Source: Arenimonas sp.
GTDB taxonomy: Bacteria; Pseudomonadota; Gammaproteobacteria; Xanthomonadales; Xanthomonadaceae
NCBI GenBank assembly: GCA_041913425.1
Contig: JAYSFF010000002.1
Location: 1,565-65,564, forward strand
DNA length: 64,000 nt
Direction of reading: 5' to 3'
Below are positions 30,738 to 40,709 of this stretch, one piece after another. Position 1 is the stretch's first letter, and each line of letters begins with the position of its first letter. A model generated the notes under the pieces. That model worked only from the letters and a program-made list of their open reading frames with translations. It searched no databases and was not told the origin of the DNA. The position numbers and the translations under genes are program-made.

Positions 30738-31549
30738 ACCGCCACCGGCGCCTTGATGGCCGGCTGCGGTTCGTAGCCGAGGATTTCGATGTCCTCGAAA
30801 CAGAACGCGAACAGGTCGCGCACCGCCGGATTGAGCTTGAGCTGCGGCAACGCGCCGGGCGTACGGCCCAGCTGCTCGCGTACCTGTTCGAAGTGGTTGG
30901 AGTAGATGTGCGCGTCGCCGAAGCTGTGCACGAAGTCGCCCACGTCCAGATCGCAGACCTGCGCCACCATGTGGGTCAGCAGCGCGTAGCTGGCGATGTT
31001 GAACGGCACGCCGAGGAAGATGTCGGCCGAGCGCTGGTACAGCTGGCAGCTCAGCCGCGGGCGGCCGCCGGGCGTTCCGGCCGGCGCCACGTAGAACTGG
31101 AACAGCGTGTGGCAGGGCATCAGCGCCATCTCCGGCAGCTCGCCCACGTTCCAGGCGCTGACGATCAGCCGCCGCGAATCGGGGTTGCGTTTGATTTCAT
31201 CCACCACCCAGGCGATCTGGTCGACCACCCGGCCGTCCTTGCCTTCCCAGCAACGCCACTGCTTGCCGTACACCGGCCCGAGGTTGCCGTCGGCGTCGGC
31301 CCATTCGTCCCAGATGCTGACCTTGTTGTCCTTCAGGTAGGCGATGTTGGTGTCGCCCTTCAGGAACCACAGCAGTTCGTGGATGATCGAGCGCAGATGC
31401 AGCTTCTTGGTGGTCACCAGCGGAAAGCCTTCGGCCAGATCGAAGCGCATCTGGTAACCGAACACCGAGCGCGTGCCGGTGCCGGTGCGGTCGCTCTTGT
31501 CCTGGCCGTGTGCCATCACATGCCGCAGGAAGTCCAGGTAGGCCTTCAT
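30734..31549 (-). CDS. thyA: Thymidylate synthase
   Basis: DRTGTGT, ELLWFL, MALMPCH and [13 protein letters not shown]; ATG 31549. Confidence 0.97.
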   Translation of the reverse strand: MKAYLDFLRHVMAHGQDKSDRTGTGTRSVFGYQMRFDLAEGFPLVTTKKLHLRSIIHELLWFLKGDTNIAYLKDNKVSIWDEWADADGNLGPVYGKQWRCWEGKDGRVVDQIAWVVDEIKRNPDSRRLIVSAWNVGELPEMALMPCHTLFQFYVAPAGTPGGRPRLSCQLYQRSADIFLGVPFNIASYALLTHMVAQVCDLDVGDFVHSFGDAHIYSNHFEQVREQLGRTPGALPQLKLNPAVRDLFAFCFEDIEILGYEPQPAIKAPVAV

Positions 31550-32406
31550 GCCGCGGCCTTTTGACGGCGCGACAGCGCCAGCAGGAACAGGCCGAGCGCG
31601 ATCACCGGTAGGCTCAGCAGCTGGCCCATGGTCAGCCAGCCCCAGGCGATGAAGCCGATGTCGGCGTCCGGCTGGCGGATGAACTCGACCGCGAAACGGA
31701 AGATGCCATAGCACAGCGCGAACAGGCCGGACACCGCATAGCGCCGGCGGGGCGTGCGCGAATACAGGTACAGGATCAGGAACAGCGCCAAGCCTTCCAG
31801 CGCCGCCTGCGCCAGCTGCGAGGGATAACGCGCATAGCGGTCGAGCAGGCCGGACTCGTGCAGCACGCGCAGCTGTGCGGCGCTCTGCCCGATCAGGTCG
31901 GGTTCGGCGCGCGGGAACACCACGCCCCAATCCTTGCCGGTGTAGCGGCCCCACAGCTCGCCGCCGATGTAATTGCCGAGGCGGCCGAACATCAGACCCG
32001 GCGGCACCAGCGGCGCCAGGAAATCGAGGGTGTCGAACACGTGCCGGCGGTTCTGCCGCGACCACAGTGCGACCGCCGTCATCACGCCGAGCAGGCCGCC
32101 GTGGAAGCTCATGCCGCCTTCGTTGATGCGCAGCAGGAACAGCGGATCGGCGGTGAATTCCGGCCAGGCGTAGAACAGTACATAGCCGACGCGGCCGCCG
32201 ACGACCACGCCCAGCATGCTGTTGAACAGCAGGTCGGAGAAGCGTTCCTCGGTGATGTCGCCCAAGCGGCCGGCGCGGATGCGTTGGCGGCCGAGCAGAT
32301 ACGCGGCGGCAAAGCCCAGCAGGTACATCAGGCCGTACCAATGGATGCCGTACGGCCAGAACGGCAACGCGATGGCGACGGGGTCGATGTCGTGCAGGAA
32401 GATCAT
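31546..32406 (-). CDS. lgt: Prolipoprotein diacylglyceryl transferase
   Basis: [35 protein letters not shown] and MGQLLS motifs. Confidence 0.96.
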   Translation of the reverse strand: MIFLHDIDPVAIALPFWPYGIHWYGLMYLLGFAAAYLLGRQRIRAGRLGDITEERFSDLLFNSMLGVVVGGRVGYVLFYAWPEFTADPLFLLRINEGGMSFHGGLLGVMTAVALWSRQNRRHVFDTLDFLAPLVPPGLMFGRLGNYIGGELWGRYTGKDWGVVFPRAEPDLIGQSAAQLRVLHESGLLDRYARYPSQLAQAALEGLALFLILYLYSRTPRRRYAVSGLFALCYGIFRFAVEFIRQPDADIGFIAWGWLTMGQLLSLPVIALGLFLLALSRRQKAAA

Positions 32407-32450
32407 GCGGCAGTCCGTTGGCTACAGCCTGTATTGTGCCCGAAGCCCCT

Positions 32451-32945
32451 TTAAAGCACCACCGGCTCGTCCGGCAGCTCGCGCGGATTATCCGCCGGCG
32501 CCGGGAAATGCAGGGTCAGCAGGGCGTTGATCCGGCCCAAGCAAGCCAACACCGCCTGATCGGGCCGGCCTTGGCGCATGTCGTCGGCGAAGGCCGCGGT
32601 CAGCGCCTGCCACTCGACGGCCGGCACCCGCGCGGCGATGCCGCGGTCGGCCACGATCTCGACCCGGCGCTCGGCCAACTGCAGATACAGCAACACGCCG
32701 CTGTTGTCGGCGGTGTCCCAGACCCGCAAGGCGGAGAACAGCTGCTCGGCGCGCCGGCGCGGGGTCAGCCCGGCCCACAGCGCCAAGGGCGAATAGCGCG
32801 CCTCGACCGCGAAACAGAGCTCGCCGGCATGGCTGCGTTCGCCTTCGGCGATGGCATCGCGGATGGCGCGCATGCGCGCCTTGGGGAACCAGCGCGGCAA
32901 GCGGAACCAGCCAGTGCACAGATTGAGCCAGAGCCGTCGCAACAT
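32451..32945 (-). CDS. TPM domain protein (short)
   Basis: [20 protein letters not shown] and ELPDEP motifs. Confidence 0.88.
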   Translation of the reverse strand: MLRRLWLNLCTGWFRLPRWFPKARMRAIRDAIAEGERSHAGELCFAVEARYSPLALWAGLTPRRRAEQLFSALRVWDTADNSGVLLYLQLAERRVEIVADRGIAARVPAVEWQALTAAFADDMRQGRPDQAVLACLGRINALLTLHFPAPADNPRELPDEPVVL

Positions 32946-33814
32946 CACCATCCTCCCGATGCGCCGCCGCCGCCGAAGCCGCCGCCACCGCCGCCCCAGC
33001 CGCCGCCACCGAAACCGCCACCCCCGCCCCAGCCGGAACCGCCGCCGGGGAACGAACCCCAGCCGCCGCGTCCGGAACTGAAACGCGCCGGCCCGGAGCT
33101 GGCCACCAGAAACGCGACCAACGCCGCCAGAATGCCGGAACCCAAGGTGCTGAGCAGCAGGAAGCCCACCCCGCCGGCAACCAGGCCTGCGCCGCTGCGG
33201 CGCAGGAACACCGGCTTAAGGCGAGTGCCGGCCGCGACTAAGCCGATGAAGAATCCGAGAAACACCGCGAACAGTCCGCCGGGCATCTGCCGGTTCTGCC
33301 GCTCTTCGACCAAGGGCGGCGGCAGGTCTTCGCCGTCGATCAACCCGGCCAAGGCGCCGGTGGCGGACTGGATGCCACCGAAATAATCGCCTTCGCGGAA
33401 ATGCGGGGTCAGGTATTCGCGGATGATGCGGCCGGCCTTGGCGTCGGGAATCGCGCCTTCCAGGCCGTACCCGACTTCGATGCGGACCTTGCGGTCGTCC
33501 TTGGCGATGAACAGCAGCACGCCGTCGTCGGCCTTGGCGCGGCCGAGCGCGTTGCGTTCGGCTACGGCCAGCGCGGCCTGTTCGATCGGAACGCCGTCCA
33601 GCGAGCCGGTCATGTACACCGCCAGCTGGCTGCCTTTGCGCTTCTCCAATTCGGCCAAGGGCGCTTCCAGCGCGGCGATCTGCTCGGCGCTGAGCGTGCC
33701 GGTGGTGTCGGTGACGTGCCGCGCCAACACCGGCGCAGCGGCCGGCTGCGCCCGCGCTGGCGTAGCCGCCGGAAGCAGCAGCACCGCCAACGCCAGCACG
33801 CGCAACAGGCGCAT
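32945..33814 (-). CDS. TPM domain protein (YgcG-like) with Gly-rich tail
   Basis: Signal peptide, DDGVLLFIAKDDRKVRIEVGYGLEG, C-terminal GGGGGFGGGGASGGW. Confidence 0.9.
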   Translation of the reverse strand: MRLLRVLALAVLLLPAATPARAQPAAAPVLARHVTDTTGTLSAEQIAALEAPLAELEKRKGSQLAVYMTGSLDGVPIEQAALAVAERNALGRAKADDGVLLFIAKDDRKVRIEVGYGLEGAIPDAKAGRIIREYLTPHFREGDYFGGIQSATGALAGLIDGEDLPPPLVEERQNRQMPGGLFAVFLGFFIGLVAAGTRLKPVFLRRSGAGLVAGGVGFLLLSTLGSGILAALVAFLVASSGPARFSSGRGGWGSFPGGGSGWGGGGGFGGGGWGGGGGGFGGGGASGGW

Positions 33815-34422
33815 CAGTTGCCGGCGGGCTTCTCGGCCGGGGCGAACTCCACCGTCGGCGCTTTCGAGATGGCCGCTTCGTTCTCGACCGAGAAGTTGGC
33901 CTTGGTCTCGTAGCCGAACAGCATGGCGGTGAGGTTGACCGGGAACTTGCGGATATGGGTGTTGTAGGCCTGCACCGACTGGATGTAGCGGTTGCGGGCC
34001 ACGGTCACCCGGTTCTCGGTGCCTTCCAGCTGCACCTGCAGGTCGCGGAAGTTCTCGTTCGACTTCAGCTCCGGATAGTTCTCCGACACCACCAGCAGGC
34101 GCGACAGCGCGCCGGACAGCTCGCCCTGCGCGGCCTGGAACTTCTTCAGGGTGTCCGGATCGGCGGCCTGTTCGGCGCTGATGTTCATCTGGCCGACGCG
34201 CGAACGGGCATCGGTGACTTCGGTCAGCACGCGCTCTTCCTGGGCGGCGAAGCCCTTCACGGTGGCGACCAGGTTCGGCACCAGGTCGGCGCGGCGCTGG
34301 TACTGGTTCAGCACCTCGGACCACTGGGCCTTGACCTCTTCATCCTGCTGCTGGATGGTGTTGTAGCCGCAGCCGGACAGCAGGCCGGCCAACAGCACGA
34401 GGGCGAAGGAACGGATACGCAT
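33814..34422 (-). CDS. lemA: LemA family lipoprotein
   Basis: Lipobox LSGC, YQRRADLVPNLV, ENYPELK and LEGTENR motifs. Confidence 0.94.
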   Translation of the reverse strand: MRIRSFALVLLAGLLSGCGYNTIQQQDEEVKAQWSEVLNQYQRRADLVPNLVATVKGFAAQEERVLTEVTDARSRVGQMNISAEQAADPDTLKKFQAAQGELSGALSRLLVVSENYPELKSNENFRDLQVQLEGTENRVTVARNRYIQSVQAYNTHIRKFPVNLTAMLFGYETKANFSVENEAAISKAPTVEFAPAEKPAGN

Positions 34423-34465
34423 GGCACACCTCACGGGCTTGGGATGCGCCTATGCTACCGCAAAA

Positions 34466-35182
34466 TCATTTCCCGGCGTTGCGGCGCGAGCGGATGTTCA
34501 GCATCTCCACCGTGGCCGAGAACGCCATGGCGAAATACAGCAGCTTGCGCTCGATGTGGATCTCGAAGCCGTCCGCGATCAGGGCCACGCCGACCAGGAT
34601 GATGAAGGCCAGCGCCAGCGTCTTCACGGTCGGATGGCGGTCGATGAAGTCGCCGATCGGGTTGGAGGCGAACACCATCACGCCGACCGCAATGATGATG
34701 GCGGCGATCATCACCGGCACGTTGTCGACCATGCCGACCGCGGTGATCACCGAGTCGAGCGAGAACACGATGTCGATCACCGCGATCTGGGCGATGACTA
34801 GGCCGAACACCGCCGACGGCTTGGTGTTGATGTCCTCCTCGTCGCCGCGGCCCTCGACCGCGTCGTGGATCTCGAGCGTGCCCTTGACCAGCAGGAACAG
34901 GCCGCCGCCGATCAGCACCAGGTCGCGCACCGAGAAGTTCTGCCCGAACAGCGAGAACAGCTCGGTCTGCATGCGCGCCAGGAACGCCAGCGACACCAGC
35001 AGCAGGATGCGCGAAACGCAGGCCAGCATCAGGCCGAACTTGCGCGCGGCCGGGCGGCGCTCGGGCGGCAGCTTGCTGACCGCGATCGAGATGAACACCA
35101 GGTTGTCGATGCCGAGCACGATCTCGAGCGTGGCGAGGGTGAACAGGGCGACCCAGATCTCGCCGTTGAAAATCCAATCCAT
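34466..35182 (-). CDS. TerC family membrane protein
   Basis: LEIVLGIDN and DIVFSLDSVITAVG motifs. Confidence 0.92.
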   Translation of the reverse strand: MDWIFNGEIWVALFTLATLEIVLGIDNLVFISIAVSKLPPERRPAARKFGLMLACVSRILLLVSLAFLARMQTELFSLFGQNFSVRDLVLIGGGLFLLVKGTLEIHDAVEGRGDEEDINTKPSAVFGLVIAQIAVIDIVFSLDSVITAVGMVDNVPVMIAAIIIAVGVMVFASNPIGDFIDRHPTVKTLALAFIILVGVALIADGFEIHIERKLLYFAMAFSATVEMLNIRSRRNAGK

Positions 35183-35574
35183 CAGGAATCCTTGTTGAGC
35201 AGCGGCCACAGGATCAACAGCCAGCACAGGGCGGCGTTGACGTCGGCCAGGAAAACGGCGGCGGAACCCATGTCCTTGGCGCGGCCGGCCAGTTCATGGT
35301 GCTCGGGGCCCCAGCGGTCGACCACCGCCTCGAGCGCCGAGTTCAGCACCTCCACCAGCAGGATCAGCAGCAGCACCGAGACCAGCAGGAACTTCGCCAC
35401 CGGCGACGGCCCCAGATACAGGCCGAGCGGCACCAGCACCAGGCACAAATACACTTCCAGCCGGAACGAGGACTCGACGCGCCAGGTGGCGCGCAGGCCT
35501 TTCAGCGACCAGACGAAAGCCTGCCAAGCGCGGAACGGCGTGCGCGGGGCGTGGCTGTTTTCGCTATCGGCCAT
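35182..35574 (-). CDS. dgkA: Diacylglycerol kinase
   Basis: ESSFRLE, EVLNSALEAVVDR and AKDMGSAAV motifs. Confidence 0.94.
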   Translation of the reverse strand: MADSENSHAPRTPFRAWQAFVWSLKGLRATWRVESSFRLEVYLCLVLVPLGLYLGPSPVAKFLLVSVLLLILLVEVLNSALEAVVDRWGPEHHELAGRAKDMGSAAVFLADVNAALCWLLILWPLLNKDS

Positions 35575-35695
35575 AGACTTTCCGGCTCCGGGCGGTGGAG
35601 CCGACGCGGCGCGGAACACTCATCGGCGGGGCTGTGGGGTGGCGGAATCGAGGCCTATTTTGCCACAAAGCGCCCGCCGGCAGGGCCGGACGGGC

Positions 35696-37147
35696 TCAGC
35701 GCCGGCCGCCGAGCAAGGTGCCCAGCAGACCGCGCACGAACTTGCGGGCCTGGTATTTGGCCTCGGCCTCGAGGATGCCCTGGCGCCGGCCGTTGCCGAA
35801 CAGGATGTCCTGCAGCAAGCCGGACTCCTGCTTGCCAGGCTTTTCCGAACCGGCCGGCGCGGTCGCCGGTTCGGCCGGAACCCGTCGATTCAGCACCTCG
35901 TGCGCGGACTCGCGGTCGATGCCGCGGTCGTACTTAACGCCCAACAGGCTCTGCGCCAGCACCGTCTGGCGTTCGGCATCGGTCAAGGCGCCCATCCGGC
36001 AGCGCGGCGGGCAGATCACCGCGCGCTCGACCGGCATCGGAACGCCCTTGTCCTGCAGGGTGGACACCAGCGCCTCGCCGACCGCCAGCTCCGAAATGAC
36101 CTTGGCGACGTCCAGCGCCGGATTCGGCACGAAGGTCTCGGCCGCCGTGCGCACCGCCTTCTGGTCGCGCGGGGTGTAGGCGCGCAGGGCGTGCTGGATG
36201 CGGTTGCCGAGCTGGCCGAGCACATCGTCGGGAATGTCGTCGGGGTTCTGCGAGCAGAAATACACGCCGACGCCCTTGGAGCGGATCAGCCGCACCACCT
36301 GCTCGACCCGCTGCAGCAGGGCCGGCGCGATGTCGTCGAACAGCAAGTGCGCTTCGTCGAAGAAGAACACCAGCTTGGGCTTGTCCAGGTCGCCGACCTC
36401 CGGCAGGGTCTCGAACAGCTCGGACAACAGCCAGAGCAGGAAGCTGGAATACAGCTTCGGCTGCAGGATCAGCTGTTCGGCGCTGAGCAGGTTGATCATG
36501 CCGCGGCCGGAGGCGTCCAGACGCAGGATATCGGCCAATTCCAGCGCCGGCTCGCCGAAGAATTCCTCGCCGCCCTGCTGCTCCAGGCGCAGCAACGCGC
36601 GCTGTATGGCGGCCACCGAAGCCGGCGACACCAGTCCGTAGCGCGTGGATACGTCCGCTTTGTTCTCGGCCACATGCGTCAGCACCGCGCGCAGGTCGAC
36701 CAGATCGAGCAGCAGCAGGCCTTCGTCGTCGGCCAGCTTGAACGCGATGTCGAGCACCCCGGCCTGGGTCTCGTTGAGTTCGAGGATGCGCGCGAACAGG
36801 TTCGGCCCGAATTCGGACACCGTGGTGCGCACCGGATGGCCTTTCTTGCCGAACAGGTCCCAGAACGCCACCGGGCTGGCTTCATTGGCGTAATCGGCGA
36901 TGCCGATCTGCGCCACGCGCGCGGCGATTTTGTCGTTCATGGTGCCGGCGGCGGCCAGCCCGGCGATGTCGCCCTTGACGTCGGCCATGAACACCGGCAC
37001 GCCCATGCGCGAGAAACCCTCGGCCAACACCATCAGCGATACCGACTTGCCGGTGCCGGTGGCGCCGGCCACCAGGCCGTGGCGGTTGCCGTATTTGCCC
37101 AGCAACGATACCGGGATATCGCCTTTGCCGATCAGGATGTCGTTCAT
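35696..37147 (-). CDS. HerA/FtsK-like ATPase (DUF853/YjgR family)
   Basis: NRHGLVAGATGTGKS, FFDEAH, RLIRSKGVG and QLGNRIQHALRA motifs. Confidence 0.9.
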   Translation of the reverse strand: MNDILIGKGDIPVSLLGKYGNRHGLVAGATGTGKSVSLMVLAEGFSRMGVPVFMADVKGDIAGLAAAGTMNDKIAARVAQIGIADYANEASPVAFWDLFGKKGHPVRTTVSEFGPNLFARILELNETQAGVLDIAFKLADDEGLLLLDLVDLRAVLTHVAENKADVSTRYGLVSPASVAAIQRALLRLEQQGGEEFFGEPALELADILRLDASGRGMINLLSAEQLILQPKLYSSFLLWLLSELFETLPEVGDLDKPKLVFFFDEAHLLFDDIAPALLQRVEQVVRLIRSKGVGVYFCSQNPDDIPDDVLGQLGNRIQHALRAYTPRDQKAVRTAAETFVPNPALDVAKVISELAVGEALVSTLQDKGVPMPVERAVICPPRCRMGALTDAERQTVLAQSLLGVKYDRGIDRESAHEVLNRRVPAEPATAPAGSEKPGKQESGLLQDILFGNGRRQGILEAEAKYQARKFVRGLLGTLLGGRR

Positions 37148-37173
37148 CGCCTCTCCGTTCGTGGGTGTGCGGC

Positions 37174-37767
37174 TCAGCCGCCGTCGCGCTTCCAATCGCT
37201 TTCCAGCACCAGCGAGGTGCCCGATTGCTCTATCTTAAGGTCTTTCAGCACGTTCATGCCCAGCAATGCGTCGCCGGCGAGATTCTTGCTGATGCCGATG
37301 TAGACGTCGCGGAAACTGAATTGGCCGAAATCCAGACGTTGGACTTTGGCCACGCAGACGTCGCGGTCGACGCCCATGGCGGTGCGGAATTCGGCCGGCA
37401 GGCATTCGGTGACGCCGGCGCGCTTGGCCAGATCGGCCGAGACCACCGACAGCGAGGCGCCGGTGTCGACCAGAAAACGTACCGGCGTTCCATTGACCGC
37501 GCCGTCGAGGTAATAGTGGCCGTCGGCGGAGCGCTCGATGGCCTGCTGGCCGTGGAACAGGATTTTCTGCGCCACGACTGCGGGCCTGGCAACCGCGGCC
37601 GGCCCGGCTGGACGAGCGGCGGCCTGCGCGCGTTGACGTTCGATATCGGATTGCAGCTTATTCCAGAAGGCGTTGTGTTCGGCGATCTGTTCCTGCGCGC
37701 CATGCAGACGGCCCAGCCAATAGGCCAAGGCCGCCAACACCACAGCGGACAGGATGGCGCGCTTCAT
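37174..37767 (-). CDS. Membrane-anchored retropepsin-like aspartic protease (clan AA)
   Basis: N-terminal TM helix, DGHY, FLVDTGAS and LLGMN; ATG 37767 overlaps the upstream stop. Confidence 0.85.
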   Translation of the reverse strand: MKRAILSAVVLAALAYWLGRLHGAQEQIAEHNAFWNKLQSDIERQRAQAAARPAGPAAVARPAVVAQKILFHGQQAIERSADGHYYLDGAVNGTPVRFLVDTGASLSVVSADLAKRAGVTECLPAEFRTAMGVDRDVCVAKVQRLDFGQFSFRDVYIGISKNLAGDALLGMNVLKDLKIEQSGTSLVLESDWKRDGG

Positions 37768-38744
37768 TCCTTGAAGATCGCCACGCCACGCTCGCCATTC
37801 GGCTTGATCCAGCCGCGGTACATGCCTTCGGTGTTGAACGGCAGCGCGATGTTGCCGTTCTTGTCGAGCGCGATGATGCCGCCGTCGCCGCCCAGCTCCG
37901 GCACCACCTGCATCACCACCGCATCGGCGGCGGTCTTCAGGCTGTCGCCGCGGTATTCGACGCGGGCGCAGATGTCGTGCGCCACGGTGGCGCGGATGAA
38001 GAATTCGCCCCAGCCGGTGGCCGATACGCCGCAGCGCGCGTCGGCGTAGGTGCCGGCGCCGATGATCGGCGCGTCGCCGATGCGGCCCCAACGCTTGTTG
38101 GTCATGCCGCCGGTCGAGGTGGCGGCGGCGATGCGGCCTTCACGATCGAGCGCGACCGCGCCGACGGTGCCGAAATAGGTGTTCTTCTCCGGCCGGACCG
38201 CCATGCGCACGGCATCCTGCGCCTTGCGCAGCTGCTCCAGCCGGTGCGGGGTATCGAAATAGGTCGGATCGACGCGCTCCAGCTCGGGGCGGGTGTCGGC
38301 GAAGGCCTCGGCGCCGGCGCCGGCCAGCATCACGTGCGGCGAATGTTCCATGATCGCCTCGGCCAGCAGCACCGGATTCTTCACCGTGCGCGCGCCGGCC
38401 ACAGCGCCGGCACGGCGGGTATGGCCTTCCATGATCGCGGCATCCAGCTCGTGGCCGCCTTCGGCGTTGAACACCGCGCCCTTGCCGGCGTTGAACAGCG
38501 GCGAGTCCTCCATCACCCGCACCGCGGCGATCACCGCCTCGCGCGCGCTGCCGCCGCGTTTCAGCACGGCATCGCCGGCGTCGAGCGCCTGGTTGAGCGC
38601 GGCCTCGTATTCGGCCTGCTTGGCCGCCGGCAGGTCCTTGCGGGTGATGACCCCCGCGCCGCCATGGATGACCAAGGCGGTGCGCGGCGGTTCGGCGGCG
38701 ACGGATGCGGCGGCGAGAGCGAGGGCGAGGACGGCGGCTTTCAT
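37764..38744 (-). CDS. Isoaspartyl peptidase / L-asparaginase (Ntn hydrolase) with signal peptide
   Basis: IHGGAG, FNAGKG, GTVGAVA autocleavage Thr, STGG and GRIGD motifs. Confidence 0.92.
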   Translation of the reverse strand: MKAAVLALALAAASVAAEPPRTALVIHGGAGVITRKDLPAAKQAEYEAALNQALDAGDAVLKRGGSAREAVIAAVRVMEDSPLFNAGKGAVFNAEGGHELDAAIMEGHTRRAGAVAGARTVKNPVLLAEAIMEHSPHVMLAGAGAEAFADTRPELERVDPTYFDTPHRLEQLRKAQDAVRMAVRPEKNTYFGTVGAVALDREGRIAAATSTGGMTNKRWGRIGDAPIIGAGTYADARCGVSATGWGEFFIRATVAHDICARVEYRGDSLKTAADAVVMQVVPELGGDGGIIALDKNGNIALPFNTEGMYRGWIKPNGERGVAIFKE

Positions 38745-38791
38745 GGGCGGGCTCCGGTGGCTTTCCGCCATGATACCCAATCCGGCCACGG

Positions 38792-40021
38792 TCAGCCCTG
38801 GTGGCGCAGCGCCTCGATCGGATCCAGCTGCGAGGCCTTGCGCGCCGGGTAGATGCCGAAGAACAGGCCGGTCGCCATCGAGCACACCGCCGCCAGCGAG
38901 ATCACCTTCCAGTTCAGGGCCACCGGCAGGGCGCCGATCTTTTCGGTCAGCAGCGAGAAGCCGACCCCGAGCGCGATGCCGATCAGGCCGCCGCCGACCG
39001 AAATCAGCATGGCCTCGGTCAGGAACTGGCGTTGGATCTCCTTCGGACCGGCGCCGACCGCCATGCGCAGGCCGATCTCGCGGATGCGCTCGGTGACCGA
39101 CACCAGCATGATGTTCATGATGCCGATGCCGCCGACGATCAGCGAGATGGCGGCGACCGCGCCCAGCAGCAGCGACATGATGCGCGTGGTCTCGGTGCGG
39201 GTGGCGATGATCTCGGCGATGTTGCGCACGCTGAAGTCGTCCTCGCCGCCGGGCGGGATCTTGTGCAGCTGGCGCAGCAGCACCTCGACCTGCTCCTGCA
39301 CGTACGGCAGGTCCTCGGCGCGGGCCACGCCCAGGGTGATCGACTGCACACCGCCGGGAATCGGGATGTTGCCGGCCATGCGCCGGCGCGCGGTCTCCAG
39401 CGGCACCAGCACGATGTCGTCCTGGTCCTGGCCGAAGCCGCCCTGGCCTTTGCTCTCGAGGATGCCGATGACCTGCAACGGCGTCTTGCCGATGCGGATG
39501 CTCTCGCCGATGGCCTCGGATTCGCCGAACAGCTCGCGGCGCACGGTCTCGCCGATCAGCGCCACCTTGTTGCCGGATTTGAAGTCGGAATCCTCGAAGC
39601 CGCTGCCGGAGGCGACCTGCCAGTCGTTGATGGCGAAGTAGTCGGCCTCCACGCCCTGCCAGCTGGTGGCCCAGTTGTTCTCGGCGAACACCGCCTGGCC
39701 GCCGCCGCGCAGGCTGGAGTTGACGTAGGCCACTTCCGGGATCTGCTGGCGGATGGCGTCGGCGTCGGATTGGGTCAGGGTCATGCGCGAACCGCCGCCG
39801 AAACGCACGCCGCCGGCGCGCGAGGCGCCGGAGTTGACGTCGAGCCGGTTGGCGCCCAGGCCGGACACCATCTTCTCGATCTCGTTCTGGGTGCCCTGCC
39901 CGACCGAGACCATGACGATCACCGCGGCGATGCCGATGATGACGCCGAGCGAGGTCAGCGCGCTGCGCAGCCAGTTGCCGCGCAGGGAGGATACCGCGGT
40001 GCCGAAGGTATCACGCCACAT
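38792..40021 (-). CDS. MacB-like ABC transporter permease
   Basis: LTSLGVIIG, GGIGIMNIMLVSVTER..EIG and DPIEALR motifs. Confidence 0.93.
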   Translation of the reverse strand: MWRDTFGTAVSSLRGNWLRSALTSLGVIIGIAAVIVMVSVGQGTQNEIEKMVSGLGANRLDVNSGASRAGGVRFGGGSRMTLTQSDADAIRQQIPEVAYVNSSLRGGGQAVFAENNWATSWQGVEADYFAINDWQVASGSGFEDSDFKSGNKVALIGETVRRELFGESEAIGESIRIGKTPLQVIGILESKGQGGFGQDQDDIVLVPLETARRRMAGNIPIPGGVQSITLGVARAEDLPYVQEQVEVLLRQLHKIPPGGEDDFSVRNIAEIIATRTETTRIMSLLLGAVAAISLIVGGIGIMNIMLVSVTERIREIGLRMAVGAGPKEIQRQFLTEAMLISVGGGLIGIALGVGFSLLTEKIGALPVALNWKVISLAAVCSMATGLFFGIYPARKASQLDPIEALRHQG

Positions 40022-40709
40022 GACGGTGCTCCGATTCGGTCAGCACGCCGTCGCGCATCAGGCAGACGCGGTCGGCGTGCGCGGCCACGTGCTCGTCGTG
40101 GGTGATCAGCACGATGGTATGGCCCTGCTGTTTGAGCTGCTCGAACAGCGCCAGGATCTCGGCGCCGGTCTTGGAGTCGAGCGCGCCGGTCGGCTCGTCG
40201 GCCAGGATCATCGGCGGTTTGTTGACCAGGGCGCGCGCGATGGCGATGCGCTGCTGCTGGCCGCCGGACAGCTCACCGGGACGGTGGCCCATGCGTCCGC
40301 CGAGGCCGACCGCGGTCAGCGCCGCCTCGGCCATCGGCCGGCGCGCCTCGGGCGCGATGCCGGCGTAACCGAGCGGCATCATCACATTGTGCAGGGCGTC
40401 CATGCGGCTGAGCAGGTTGAAGCTCTGGAACACGAAACCGATCTTGCCCAGGCGAAGCTTGGCCAGCTGCTCCTTGTCGAGCCGGCGCACATCGACGCCG
40501 TCGCAGAAGTATTCGCCGGTGTAATCGGCGTCCAGGCAGCCGAGCACGTTCATCAGCGTCGATTTGCCCGAACCCGAGGCGCCCATGATGGCGATGAATT
40601 CGCCCGGCATCACGCGCAGGTCGACGCCTTTCAGCGCCACCACCTCGGCCTCGGTGCCGGCCGCGTAGACCTTGCCGAGCGCGCGGATATCGATGACCGG
40701 CACGGTCAT
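40011..40709 (-). CDS. MacB/LolD-like ABC ATP-binding subunit
   Basis: GASGSGKST, LSGGQQQR and ADEPTGALD motifs. Confidence 0.94.
   Translation of the reverse strand: MTVPVIDIRALGKVYAAGTEAEVVALKGVDLRVMPGEFIAIMGASGSGKSTLMNVLGCLDADYTGEYFCDGVDVRRLDKEQLAKLRLGKIGFVFQSFNLLSRMDALHNVMMPLGYAGIAPEARRPMAEAALTAVGLGGRMGHRPGELSGGQQQRIAIARALVNKPPMILADEPTGALDSKTGAEILALFEQLKQQGHTIVLITHDEHVAAHADRVCLMRDGVLTESEHRHVA

Noticed and set aside
31055-31095. [10 protein letters not shown] loop insertion in ThyA
   Set aside because: This is a variable surface loop seen in many proteobacterial ThyA proteins; the catalytic motifs are intact.
30734-32341. Apparent fusion or extended ORFs (thyA 535 aa; also 5958-7415, 14735-16354, 27314-28558, 47516-48919)
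   Set aside because: The upstream extensions overlap neighbouring genes in another frame. The true starts are at stop/start overlaps.
32950-33075. GGC/CCG-rich low-complexity tract
   Set aside because: It is the normal Gly-rich tail of YgcG-like TPM proteins.
35575-35695. yybP-ykoY riboswitch ahead of dgkA-terC
   Set aside because: Only a short GC hairpin and a -10-like GGCAAAAT are visible; I could not recognise the aptamer's conserved motifs.
35696-37147. HerA-like ATPase as an anti-phage system
   Set aside because: It has DUF853/YjgR housekeeping signatures and no NurA, SIR2 or nuclease partner adjacent.
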